DNA from: Octopus sinensis
Lineage: Eukaryota
Length of the DNA: 64,000 nt
Direction: 5' to 3'
NCBI RefSeq assembly: GCF_006345805.1
Contig: NC_043003.1
Coordinates: forward strand, 2,914,001 to 2,978,000
The translations under genes were made by a program, and so were the position numbers. Within the stretch, counting starts at the first letter, position 1; each line of letters opens with the position of its first letter. Under the pieces are notes generated by a model. That model searched no databases. It was not told the origin of the DNA and saw only the letters and a program-made list of their open reading frames with translations. Positions 37,849 through 50,305 of this stretch are shown here, in pieces.

Positions 37849-38373
37849 TTTGCACAATGGCATTTCTTAGTAATTCTACTTCTTCTTGTTTCAGTTTTAT
37901 AGATCTGCTTCACTCTAAATACATCAAACAGTATGGAAGGTATTTGTTGGTATTTTTGCATACAAAACGATTATTTAGTGAAACATTGAATCCATTTGTT
38001 TTCTTGTTATGAATTAATGAAACAAGTTAATGCTTATTTGTTCACATATTTTTGTCTTATACATTTTATCATGGATGCAGTGTAAAATTTCACTCTCTAT
38101 TATGAAATAAAGGTAATAACTGTTTTAATTGTCCTGTTGTCGATCTTATTAAATAAATGAAATGGAGGTGGCTGTGGCCGGCACACACAGCAGTCTTTGC
38201 CACACTGGGTTTCTGTTTTGATGTTCTGAGTTGAAATTCTGCTGAGGTGAAGTTTTCCTTTCATCCTTTTCAGGTCAATAAAATAAAGGGTCGTTCAAGC
38301 ACTGGAGCTGATGTAATCAACTAACCGCCCCTCCCCTCAAAATTTCAGGCATTGTGCCAAAAGTAGAAAGAAT

Positions 38374-38660
38374 TCAGTTCTATATTTAAGAGATGAGGAA
38401 TTATGTACATTATTTACATTTGATGGATATTTGTCCTCATATTGTTTGTTGTTAATACATTTCGGCTGAAAACCCCTCAAGCCTTCATCAGGTGTCTTGG
38501 GGAAGTTTCGAACCTGGGTTCTTATTCCTAAGGTATTTTGCAAAGTTGTTGTTGTTGTTGTAGCTGCTGCTGTGGTTGTTGTTGTTGTTCAAGTCACTGC
38601 CTGGAATCGAACTCGGGATCTTGGCGTTAGTAGCCTGCGCTGTTAACCACTACACCATAT
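38374..38660 (-). mobile_element. tRNA-head SINE with hammerhead-bearing tail (family C)
   Basis: Full head (TGGTGTAGTGG...GAGTTCGATTCC) and tail; CTGATGA-AGGCTTGAGGGGTTTTCAGCC-GAAAT at about 38456-38497. Confidence 0.8.
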
Positions 38661-39332
38661 ACTAAGTTGCCATTCTTTAGCCCCAGGTTAGCCCTGGTAA
38701 AACAGACACAATAATGGAAGATATATTCTGGCCAGGACCATCCCTCCTTTTCTGTGTTAGAGGACCACATTGTCCAGTGTTCTTTTCATGCTCTAACGAG
38801 TTTACTTACCCACCCACACCACTTCCTCGAACTTGAGGGTGCACCCTGACAAATCGTCACCACCCTCCTCTCTCTTTATTCCTTAGGGATAAACCATTAT
38901 TCTCCCTTACAGCAATGCACTTGTTGCTCTCCTTCACTCACACTTGAACCTCCCCCCACACCAGGCATAAAACCACTTCCCTCGATACTGCCCACCCACT
39001 TCAGTCGAGGGAGGTTTTGTTTTGTGAGTTACTGGTTGACCTCACTGGTACCAGTACCACATAGAATGCCCCCAATACACTCTGTAAGGTAGTTAGGGTT
39101 AGAAAAGGCACCAAAGCACCATGCTGTGAGAACCATTCCAAAGCAAACATAGAATTTGGTGCTCTCCACTGGTTCACCAGCTCCAACCATGCCAACATGG
39201 AAAACAGATGTTAAGTGGTGACGATGATGAGTTGAGTGGTATTTGAGGGAATTAGGCAGCTATTACTAGCAGTTGGAACCACCGTATAGAATAAGAGACT
39301 TTTGCTTTATTGCATTTTTGGTTATAGGAAAA

Positions 39333-39465
39333 AATTGCAGCGTGGAAGGTGTTTATAAGCCATTTAAGAAACACACGAAATCTGTTAGATTCACTTCAAC
39401 ATTTAAATTTAATTTCCCAAAATATTTTCGTCGCTTTGAGACCCTGACCTTTTCATTGACAAAAT
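39333..39465 (-). mobile_element. single-arm copy of the G3:C8 foldback family (degenerate ribozyme core)
   Basis: Nearly the same sequence as 15116-15245. Confidence 0.75.
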
Positions 39466-39685
39466 TCCAAATTTTGCCTCAAACATTTTTGCTGGGGGAA
39501 AATTTGTCAATAGAGAATTCACTGCAAGAAATTTTGCCATTAGACAAATTCACCAAATGGATAATGATAAAGCGTATTATATGAGAGAGAGAGAGAGAGT
39601 TTAACAAAGAGGAAAAAACCTTTGAATTAGATTGAGGAGACGCAGCAAAGACGAAGAAAAAGTTTAGTGGTATCAATGCAATAAA

Positions 39686-39922
39686 GGCGGTGAGCTGGCA
39701 TAAACGTTAGCACACCGGGCGAAATGCTTAGCGGTATTTCGTCTGCCGTTACGTTGTGAGTTCAAATTCCGCCAAGGTCGACTTTGCCTTTCATCCTTTC
39801 TGGGTCGATAAATTAAGTACCAGTTACGCACTGGGGTCGATGTAATCGACTTAATACTTATGTCTGTCCTTGTTTGTCCCCTCTGTGCTTAGCCCCTTGT
39901 GGGTAGTAAAGAAATAGGTATT
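39686..39922 (+). mobile_element. tRNA-derived SINE family B (ggcggtgagctggca...gagttcaaattcc...)
   Basis: A/B-box-like head; copies at 3137-3370 (minus, nested in another copy), 18170-18380, 18420-18570, 20465-20680, 32030-32245, 38170-38370. Confidence 0.85.
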
Positions 39923-40054
39923 AATGCAATATTTGAAAGACAAAGTTTTGATCTTTCGAAAGGTTTACGTTTATGATAGAAAAAAGGTGCCATTGAATAT
40001 ACTTAAAGGTCTACTTTTCTAGCATGTGTCATTAAAACGTCATTTCCATTGTGT

Positions 40055-40535
40055 GCAGGCCACAACAAGTCCGACATCAGTCGGATGACTGTCCATAGAG
40101 TTGTGGAGAGGCTGAGGAACAGAAAAGACCTCAAAGATCCACCTTGACCAGGCAGACCTCAAGTTGTCAACCATTTGGCTGTGAGAAAGGCCTTTGAAAG
40201 TGACCCGAAGAACAACATCTAGGTGGCCATGGTGTCCAGGGCAGCAAGAACTTGAGGTGCATCGAAAGGCCTCTGCTCATTAAATGTAATGCGAGAACAA
40301 TGTTAGGAGTGCTGTCATCGCCTTCTCAATGTCATCAAGTGTCATGGCAATCAAATTCTCATTTTTTTGTGATGGAAAAACCTTCACAGTTGCTTCAGTT
40401 GTCAACAAGCAGAAGGACTGCATGGTCAGTCTTGGCCATGCGAGGTCTGCTACATGTCCACGACTTAGCACCTGGCCTCCATGTTGATACTTGGCATCAT
40501 GGGCTTCAAATGGCAAGATGCCACCAGTGCGCTTC
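40055..40535 (+). mobile_element. Tc1/mariner (maT-like) transposase fragment
   Basis: Remnants P.PGRPQVV and FFCDGKTFTVASVVNKQKD...HLASMLILGI..SNGKMPP resemble FSDEKxFTV...NxQNDR...HPASVMVWG. Confidence 0.6.
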
Positions 40536-41849
40536 ATGAATGGTACTTATTGTGTGCCACCAGCATGGGTACCAGTCAGGCGGCACTGGCATTGGCCACG
40601 ATTTCGATTTGATTGAGATTCTGATTGTGATTTTGATTTTACTTGACTCATTTGGTTTTCTCAAGCACGACACAAGATCCAATGATTCAAAGGCAATTTT
40701 CAAATGGGCTTTGAAATGATTTTATAAATCTTTTTATCATTTTTTATATCTAAGAGAAAAATTACTCATATTTTATGTGCTTAATCATTATTGTCCAGAT
40801 GGGGAATTTGTGTTTTCAGTGAATGTCTCTATATGGCAAAATTTCTTTTATTTTTCCTATGGCAAATTTTCTCACAGCAAAACTTTTCACAGTAAATTTT
40901 CCAGACGTGTGCATTTTCATATTAGAATTATTTATAATGAGGAAGGTTTTCAAGTCAGATAAACAGGTTTCAAAATAAAACCAAGAAATTTCAGTGTTGA
41001 CCTATAAAAGTTTTTAGAAAGCAGTCAAAGGTTTTTTATAATTATGATAAATCAACTTAGTTTCTGAAGGCATATATTAAGTTCTGAAAGCATGAGTAAG
41101 CAGTTTACAATTTTGTTTCAATTTCTACATTATTGTTATTATTAATAATAATAATGTACAAACTAAAGGAAAAGTTGGTGAACTTAAAGAAGATATTTTT
41201 GTTTCCATGAATGCAGTTTTTTCCCCTCTATTCAGAAGATAAGTGTGTTTGTCAGGACTGATATGAATATAAAAATAACAGGATAATAAATGTCACAAAA
41301 ATACAATCGGAGTAAAACAATGCAAATTAAAATCTGCAGAAATGGACAAAGTGTGAATGAGAAGAGGATGTTATTTGGTGGACGGAGTAACAAGTTCTAG
41401 TTTATGGATTGGTCAGAAGAGTCTCAGAGACAGGTGCTTTGTAAATCCAATCGGAACAGGTATAGCTGTATTTACATAATAATAATAGTGATCAAAAAAG
41501 GAACTGAAAATGATTTAAGAATGATCTCTGGCTTACCATCTGTGTAGAAAGTGCAAAGGATTGTCTTAACTGGTTGGTCACACGTATTGAGCTTTGTCGT
41601 TGCAAATTTTCTTTCTCCCCCTCTTTTATTTCCTTTGTTCACTTTTTTTATTTTATATTTTTTCCTTTTTCTATCACATGACTTTGTAAATGAACAATCT
41701 GGCGTGTTTATTCTAATGGCCTAACTACCAATGTACACAGTGCGTTTCTCTGCCCTAGGTGTTGGAAAGACACTCAGCAATAAATGGAAACAGAACTGAA
41801 GGATAGTAATAATAATAATAATAATAATAATGAAAATAATAATAATAAT

Positions 41850-42190
41850 GAGGAGACCCCCTTCGGTCATGACTGACCATGGGATTGCACCTAGAAAGTT
41901 ACCCTCTGAGGCACAAGTCCAGGCAAGGTTGTTTATGGAAGACCAACAGTCGCCCATGCATACATGCCTCCCCTCCCTACACCATTGATGTTATCCAAGA
42001 GAAAGGCAAAGGGGCCGATACAGCTTGGCACCAATGATGTCGCAACTCATTTCTACAGCTGAGTGAACTGGGACAATGTGAAATAAAGTGTCTTGCTCAA
42101 GCACACAACACGCAGCCCGGTCTGGGAATCGAACTCACAACCTCACAATCGTAAGTTTGACGCTCTAACCACTGAGCCATGTGCCTTCAC
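41850..42190 (-). mobile_element. tRNA-derived SINE family E with Meta/V-like central domain (gtccttgagcaagacactttatttcac)
   Basis: Head gtgaaggcacatggctcagtggttagag...gagttcgattcc; related copies at 10530-10835 and 18715-19028. Confidence 0.75.
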
Positions 42191-42219
42191 TAATAATAAT
42201 AATAATAATAATAATAATA

Positions 42220-42507
42220 GATGAATTGAAGTGCGAAATATGCAGAGTGTGGGCAATGAAGAAAGTGGATATAATACCAATAGTAATTAGTGTGTTTGGA
42301 AGTATAAGTAACGAGGCTACTAACATGGCTCCAGGAGACTGGTGCAAATGTAAAGATAGAAAGATAGAACAGCTACCAAAGTTTTCCTTACTTGGAACTG
42401 CAGGGTTCTTGAAGCATGATCCGTAAAACAAGTGTCACCTTCTGGCTGTGGACAGCTGACTCTTTCCATCGTACCCAGCAAAATAAAGCTGAGATTTTTC
42501 ATCATAT
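42220..42507 (+). mobile_element. R4/Dong-like (restriction-like endonuclease) non-LTR 3' fragment inside (AAT)n
   Basis: ELKCEICRVWAMKKVDIIPIVISVFGSI...KFSLLGTAGFL resembles the C-terminal L..EI.R.W....V.V.P.V.GALG...QK..LLGTA.IL motif; (AAT)n on both sides. Confidence 0.7.
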
Positions 42508-42552
42508 GATAATAATAATAATAATAATAATGATAGGCAAATGAACTCTCAT

Positions 42553-44842
42553 TGCCGGTACTTACACAAAAGGCACAGTGCGGCAGTGGCCTGGATGAAG
42601 CGACTTTGTGGGCCAGACTTGAGGATGCAAAGAGAGAGGTTTGGAGACGCCACTATGAAAGGTTGCTGAATAAAGAAAATGCATGGGATAAAGAGAGTCT
42701 ACTGAATGTCGACCCAACACGATACACGAAGGAGTCATACCCAATAACAGGTGTAGCAGCACCATGGTCAACTGCTACAAAGGTAAAGGTGATGCTTTAG
42801 ATAGAAATAATTACAGAGGTATCAAGCTGTTGGATCAGGTAATGAAGGTTACGGAGAGGGTCATAGCCCAACTGATTAGGGAGAGAGTCAACTTGGACGA
42901 GATGCAGTTTGGTTTCGTGCCAGGGAAAAGCACCACTGATGCCATATTTCTGGTGAGACAGCTGCAGGAGAAACACCTAGCCAAAGATAAGCCCCTGTAC
43001 CTGGCTTTCGTTGACATGGAGAAAGCCTTTGACAGGGTCAATGAGGAAACTAGGGATAGATGAATGGTTAGTGAGAGCTGTGCAAGCCATGTACAGGGAT
43101 GCTGTAAGTAAGGTAAGGGTTGGCAATGTGTACACTGAAGAATTCAAGGTAGAGGTTGTGGTCCACCCGGGTTCAGTCCTCAGCCACCTCCTATTTATCA
43201 TAGTCCTCCAGGCAATAACGGAGGAATTCCAGACAGGATGCCCCTGGGAGCTCCTCTATGCTGACGACCTTGCTCTAATTGCTGAGTCACTATCAGAACT
43301 GGAGAAGTTTCAGGTGTGGAAGCAAGGATTAGAATCGAAGGGCCTTAGAATCAACCTAGCTAAAACCAAAGTCCTAATAAGTAGGAAGGCAGGCAAACCA
43401 CAAATCCTTTTAGGTAGATGACCCTGCTCGATCTGTAGTAGAGGCGTAGGTAGAAACTCTATAAGATGTACCCAGTGTAAGCTATGGACACATAAGAGGT
43501 GCAACAATGTCAAGGGAAGGCTAACTAGGAAGATAGTTTTTGTATGTGGCAGATGCTCAGGAGTGATAAACACTGAAAATGCGCAGAGACCAACTTCCGC
43601 CACATTCTAGGGAGAAAATCTAGAATTAGTTGATAGCTTCCGTTATCTAGGTGGCCAAATCAGTAGCGGAGAAGGATGCACTGAAAGTGTAGCTGCTAGA
43701 ATAAGAATAGCTTGGGCAAAGTTCAGAGAGCTCTTACCTCTGCTGGTGACAAAAGGCCTCTTGCTCAGAGTAAAAGGTAGACTGTATGATGCATGTGTAC
43801 GAACAGCCATGCTACATGGCAGTGAAACATGGGCTGTGACTGCTGAGGATATGCGTAAGCTCACAAGGAATGAAGCCAGTATGATCCGATGGATGTGTAA
43901 CATCAGTGTTCATACTCGACAGAGTGTAAGTACCTTGAGAGAAAAGTTGAACCTAAGAAGCATCAAATGTGGTGTGCAAGAGAGACAACTGTGCTGGTAT
44001 GGTCATGTGGTCAGAATTGATGAGGATAGCTGTGTGAAAAAGTGCCATACCCTAGCAGTTGAGGGAACCTGTGGAAGAGGTAGACTCAGGAAAACCTGGG
44101 ATGAAGTGGTGAAGGACGACCTTCGAACATTAGGCCTCACCAAGGAAATGACTAGCAAGCGAGACTTGTGGAAATATGCTGTGCACGAGAAGACCCGGCA
44201 AGCCAGATAAAACCATAACCTGTGGCCTATGCCTGGAGCATAACCAGCCCGCTTATGCGTAGCTTTTCCTTCTTTGGTCACTAAATTTTGCTTGCGAAGA
44301 CCTGTTGAGGCTAGTGAAATCAAAATCAAAATCATTTCAATGACTGGCATCCGTGCTAGCGGGGTGCAAAGAGCACCATGCGAATGTGATTGTTGACAGA
44401 GCGGCTATTCGAGTATGATCGTTACCAGCGTCGCTTTACTGGAACTTATGCCTGTGCTAGTAGAGTGTCAAGAACACCATCCGAGTGTGATTGTTGCCAG
44501 AGCAGCCAACTGGCTTCCGTACCTGTGGCACGTAAAAGGGCACCATTCGAGCGAGATCGTTATCAACGTCGCTTCACTGGCACCTGTGCCGGTGGCATGT
44601 GTAAAAAGATTTGAGCGAGGTCATTGCCAGTACCGCCTGACTGGCTCCGTGCTGGTGGCACATAAAAAGCACCCACTACACTCTCGAGGTGGTTGGCGTT
44701 AAGAAGGGCATCCAGCTGTAGAAACTCTGCCAGATCAAGATTAGGGCCTGGTGCAGCCATCTGGTTCGCCAGCCCTCAGTCAAGATCGTCCAACTCATGC
44801 TAGCATGGAAAGCGGACGTTAAACGATGATGATGATGATGAT
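42553..44842 (+). mobile_element. 5'-truncated RTE-clade LINE with RT (YADD), PHD finger and 3' UTR ending in (GAT)n
   Basis: NYRGIKLL, QFGFVPGKSTTDAIF, FVDMEKAFDRV, GSVLS.LLF, LLYADDL, LYDACVRTAMLHGSETW; frameshifts and stops. Confidence 0.93.
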
Positions 44843-45866
44843 GTTGCCTAATTGGGGACCCACTGAACCCCTATTTTTACTGCCTTTTAAACTAAATACA
44901 TGGCATTGGCGACCAGATCGGAGAAATGTCGATGAATTTCATATTATGAATTCCCAGGGAACATCGTAAAGAGGTTCCGTTTCCGAAGTGCCGCTTAAAT
45001 GGGGCCCACTGACCCCGCCTATTTTTACTGCGTTTACCTCGCCCCTACGCTTATTAATTAAACTATGGTCATCATCAGTGCTTAGCACATTTGCAGAAAT
45101 AAGTTTGGGCATTCTAAATACCTTCATGTACATTCAAGGCGAGGAATAAAAAATTTTTAATGCGTTTTTGGTTTTTTTTTTTTTTGCAGAATCAGTCTCC
45201 GCACCCGATAATGGGGAATTCTGTAAAACAAAAAGAAAAGAAGAAAAAAACGAAAGCGGCTGCGGTCCACATTTTTTTTACATCCGCCTATAAACAGGTA
45301 CGTTTCAAGTGTGGATATTTATGCTTTATAGTTTATGAAACTTTTGTCTAGTTTAATAATAATAATAATAATCTCTGATGCGTGTCATTATCGTACATGC
45401 AGCAATTTTACGGCGAGAAACTTTTGTCTTTTCACGGAAATAAATACGCTTTAACACTTTTGCTTCAACTTGTTGACCCAATAAAATAAACTTTGTTTCA
45501 CATAAATACAGCGTAAAAAGAACGTGGTACTTATTACTGAAACATAAATCTGTTGGATGAGGCATGACAAACAATGGGTGAACAGAAATAGCCCGGACAA
45601 CAGACAGACTGTCACAGGTTCGCCCTGATACAATTAAACCACTTCATGTCAAAATGGACAGATAGATCATGTTTTTTCTCTCTCGCTAGCAAAAGATATT
45701 TTATCTTATAACAATAGATATGTGCGGGGTTAGGTAGGTCTCAACCAAGGTATTTATATAGGTTTGTCCCAGACGTCCATACTTGTTTTCAGGTTTATAG
45801 TTATTGGAAATGAAAATAGTTTAGATGACGGGTGATAACGTATCGTTACTATATTAGCTGGTGGGT

Positions 45867-45870
<4 letters not shown>

Positions 45871-45924
<54 letters not shown>
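45871..45924. repeat. (AG)n microsatellite
   Basis: Direct reading. Confidence 0.95.
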
Positions 45925-45928
<4 letters not shown>

Positions 45929-46068
45929 TATAGGATCAACCAAATATCCTGTGCATCACGAGATGCACCATACATATGCATATATATAAATAAATGTGTA
46001 TATATATATGTATATACATATATATGTATGAATAAAGAAAATGAAATGTCAAAGGAATCAATGATTAT

Positions 46069-46273
46069 CTTATAAACTTCATTAGCTCACAGCTGTTTCT
46101 GCTATAATATGCAGTGGGCTTATAGTTGAGTGCCTGAATAACACATAGCTTCATCGGAGCCTTGAACAAGAAGTGCACTTCACGTTCAAGGCTCCGATGA
46201 AGCTATAAGCACTCATCTATGAGCCCACTGCATCTTAAAGCATAAACACCTGTAAGCTAATGAAGTCCATAAG
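46069..46273. mobile_element. foldback element with outward-facing degenerate hammerhead motifs (ACAGCTGT family)
   Basis: Arms of about 100 nt around a TGCA centre; GGCT-CCGATGA-AGCTAT...ATAGCA-GAAAC-AGCT-GTG-AGCT on the minus strand at 46084-46161. Confidence 0.65.
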
Positions 46274-46278
46274 ATAAT

Positions 46279-46645
46279 GTGGCTGTGTGGTAAGTAGCTT
46301 GCTTACCAACCACATGGTTCCGGGTTCAGTCCCACTGCGTGGCACCTTGGGCAAGTGTCTTCTACTATAGCTTCGGTCTGACCAAAGCCTTGTGAGTGGA
46401 TTTGGTAGACGGAAACTGAAAGAAGCCCGTCGTATATATGTGTGTGTTTGTGTTTGTCCCCCACCCCAACATCGCTTGACAACCGATGCTGGTGTGTTTA
46501 CGTACCCGTAACTTAGCGGTTCGGCAAAACAGACTGATAGAATAAGTACTAGGCTTAGAAAGAATAAGTCCTGGGTTCGATTTGCTCGACTAAAGGCGGT
46601 GCTCCAGCATGGCCACAGTCAAATGAACTGAATCAAATAAAAGAA
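46279..46645 (+). mobile_element. SINE family A
   Basis: High similarity to 16495-16888. Confidence 0.85.
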
Positions 46646-46789
46646 TGTATGTATGTATGATGTATGTGTGTGTACACGTACACACACACACATTAGCCAT
46701 TGTTCCATACGTTCTGAGTAACATCATGCTTTACTTTTGTAAATCCCCAAATTACTCTGGTGGTTGATAAAAAAAGGGGGGGGGGAATA

Positions 46790-47400
46790 CGTCTCGTATG
46801 AATGGACACGCAGGAATAAGTGGTGTGCATCATGCGATAGACAGAGAAAGCAAAAGGTTAATTGTTCGCCGAGCAACCTGCTTGCCGTCGGCCTGTTTGA
46901 GCCGAAGCTTTTCGTTACAACCCTTGTGTTTTCGAGTTCAAATTATTTCTGTCTCTACCTTGTCTTTCCCTGTTCTGAAGCTAATAAAACAAATTCTGGA
47001 ATGGATGTGATGGTAGTTGTTGTGACAGTGACAGGACCATGTAATTAAAACCCTTGAAATTGCTATTCCCCTTTGGTCACAGTCTAATGACGAAATCTGG
47101 TAAAAGTATTTTCTGTTTTAAAAGGGATTTTATTCTGGTTTCATTCAAAACAAAAAGAAAAACAAGCTAATGTAGTTTAAGGTAAAAGTGTAAGACGTAA
47201 ATTGCAACTGATCAAAGTGGTAAAATTTCTATCTAGTTCCCAACCTGGTTTCATGTCTATTAATTTAAAGGTCTGCAATGAGGTGGCGGGAAGAGAAAAG
47301 AACAGAGCGAGACCCACGTCATTCACTGATGCTACGTCACACGTTCCTCCGCCGCCGCCACCACCTTAACAATGTAAAACCATGCTCACGTCTTAGTTTT
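46790..47400. promoter_or_regulatory. CpG-enriched candidate (bidirectional) promoter region upstream of ACSS2
   Basis: Unique sequence with many CpGs against a CpG-poor background; CCACGTCA (47314-47321) and TACGTCAC (47333-47340) bZIP CRE/UPRE-like motifs; about 0.7 kb before the ACSS2 ATG. Confidence 0.4.
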
Positions 47401-47800
47401 CTCTCCCTCTCTCTCTCCCCACTCTACCTATCATCTCTCTGTCTTTCTCCCCACTCTACCTATCATCTCTCCCTCTCCCTCTTTCGCCTCTATTCTTTTT
47501 CTCTCTCTCCCCACTCTCCATATCATCTCTCTGTCTTTCTCCCCACTCTACCTATCATCTCTCTCTCTCTCCCTCTTTCCCTCTATTGTTTTTCTCTCTC
47601 TCCCCACTCTCCGTATCATCTCTATCTTTCTCCCCATTCTACTATCATCTCTCTTTCTCTCTCCCCCTCTCTCTTCACTCTACCTATCATCTATCTATCC
47701 TACCTTTTATTTCTCTCTCTCCCTCCCCCACTTTCTCTCCCTCCCGCTCTCTCTCTCTCCCTCACCTATCCTCTCTCTCTCTCTTCTCTTCTTCCTTCTG
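47401..47800. repeat. CT-rich degenerate tandem repeat (ctctccccactctacctatcatct core)
   Basis: Direct reading; strongly pyrimidine-biased plus strand. Confidence 0.85.
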
Positions 47801-48014
47801 TTTATCTCTTTAAGCCTCACTCAACATCTTTCCATTTCACACCGGCTTTGTCATTCACACCGTGAACGATGCCTCATTTATCTTAGATGAATTATTTGAC
47901 TAATCATTATTGTTAACCTGTGTATACAATATATAAGCCGCAATTATCTTATTAAGACATTAAATCATTTCAAAAGTAGACCTTCATCGGATATCATCTT
48001 TGTGTGGAGCAACT

Positions 48015-48316
48015 ATGGCGAATAAGGAATTCCTTCCCCCGTCTCATCTAAAAGCTTCGGCTCACGTCAGCAGCATGGCCCAATACAAACAAATGTATGA
48101 ACAATCCATTTCTGATCCGGAATCCTTCTGGAGAGAAATTGCCAAAGATTTACACTGGGAATCTCAGCCAAGTGATAAATTTTTCGATTATAACTTCGAT
48201 CACACGTCGGGGCCGATCTTCGTCAAGTGGATGCAAGGTGCTAAGACGAACGTCGCTTATAATGTCTTGGACCGTCACATTCAGAACGGAAAGGGCGATA
48301 AAATCGCCTTTTATTG
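48015..48316 (+). CDS. ACSS2: acetyl-CoA synthetase, cytosolic type, first coding exon (MANKEFLPPSHLKASAHVSSMAQYKQMYEQSISDPESFWREIAKDLHW...WMQGAKTNVAYNVLDRHIQNGKGDKIAFYW)
   Basis: Characteristic ACS N-terminus (Y..S..DP..FW..IA, W..G..TN..YN.LDRH, K.AFYW); TG|gtaaga donor, phase 2; no mitochondrial presequence before the conserved region. Confidence 0.92.
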
Positions 48317-50195
48317 GTAAGATTATTAGATTTTCGTTTTTATTTTAAGCTAAAATAATTGAAAATTTAAAGTATTTAGCGACAGTTTAAATATACATGG
48401 TTATTTCCAGTCACAAACCTTACACATCACCTATGATTATCGATTTTCTTTAGATCTTCACCTTGAGACTTTTTACAAGGAAATCGGTGAATCCTTTTAA
48501 TCTGTCTGCCCCATCTATATATATCAGTGATCGCGCGTATATATATATATATATACATAAATGTGTGTATGTATATATATTATATGCATATCCACGCACC
48601 ACACACGTTACACCTTTCAGGTTTTCGGTATTTTTGTCTCGTTCCTTTATTACTGTTTAATCCAACAGTTACTAAATGAATTTTCACTTCCTTCTATGGT
48701 AATTTCCAGAGACTACCAACACCTCCAACATAAATGCACACACAGGCCACAAATATATCTTCTACTTTCTATTTTAGCGCTTAAATTATCGTTTACCCTC
48801 ATTAATAACCAAAAGTCGCTCCCATAATTATCATAATTGTTTCTTTCACTGATCCTGACATTAAAAGAAGCAGAGTTGTGCTGTGACAATCATGTCTTTC
48901 CCGAGATTCACCCACCACCAGCATTATTATAATAGTTAGTAATAATAACAATAATGATGATAATGTTGATAATATTTCTTTTATACAAACGCGGAAGAAT
49001 TGGTAAATGTAAAGCAAGAAGAAGAAGAATAGGTGAGATGAAGATAGCATTTCATTTTCAGACAGGGGATGGAATTACTCTTCAAAAAAATCTACTTAGG
49101 TGTCTGTGTTCGATTTTTATAATTATTTTTAAAGAAATTAATCGAAATTTCCACAAATTTCCAAAATGTCAATAATATTAAGAATAATAATAATTTTTGC
49201 TTTTATATAACGAAAATAATTCTTGTAGATTAATAAAAGCAACAAAGACGACCAAACGATCGCAGCCTCTGTCTCCAGTCGAAATTCCAACAAATATTCT
49301 TTCTATTTATTAGTAAACAGAGATCGACAACAAATGGTTTCTTTCGTATGGAACTGATTATAATATTCTGTCTGTATCCTTGGTTATATGTTATTATCTC
49401 TATCCTTCGTATAGATTGGCCACGATCCAATCGCACTGGGAAATTATGGAGGAACACCAGATACCACCTACGCAAATGGCAATAATCTGTAGATGCATAA
49501 TTATAAGGTGTATGTGTGTGTATAGCTATCGACTTACATTATATTACAGTTACCCGCATATATCTATGTGTGTGTATTATATCTATCTATCTATCTATCT
49601 ACCTCTATATGTATATAATGCATACATACATATAATTTTGTATAGTATAAAGACATACAATATATATATATATATATTTATAATTTATACGTACGATGTA
49701 TGTATGTATATATGTGTATATATAGACATACAATATATATATATACCCGTAATACTCACACGTATACATATACGTATAAATATGCTACATATATGTGTGT
49801 GTATTTCTGGGTATAGGCGCGGTGTGGGTGCGTAGTTAACAAGCATACTTCCCAACCACGTCGTCTTGGGTTCAGTCCCACTGTACGGCACCTTGGGCAA
49901 GTGTCTTCTACTACAGCCTCGGGCTGACCAAAAGGCTTGTGAGTGGATTTGGGAGATGAAAACGGAACGAAGCCAGGTGTGTGTGTGTGTACAGGCCTGT
50001 GAACACTTGTCTCGGCATCACATGATGGCTGCAAGCGAGCATCACCATCGTACGAGTGATGTTCTCTCACAGTCTTTTGTGGGAAACATGTCTGGCCATA
50101 ATATCTTCCTTGGAAACAGGTGAAGGTTGGCAACAGGAGGGACATCCAGCCACAGAAAAAAATATATATGTACACATATATATTATCTCTCTTTC

Positions 50196-50305
<110 letters not shown>

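Noticed and set aside
44939-44980. LYDVPWE peptide resembling SHB/SHF adaptor YDxPWE motifs
   Set aside because: Immediately followed by a stop, with no SH2 or other family exons found.
45190-45297. Plus-strand exon-like segment encoding MGNSVKQKEKKKK (myristoylation plus polybasic)
   Set aside because: The lysine run is the complement of a minus-strand pyrimidine tract, and it does not splice in frame to ACSS2 at a credible acceptor.
47278-47865. 195-aa Leu/Ser-rich ORF upstream of ACSS2
   Set aside because: Low-complexity translation of the CT-rich repeat.
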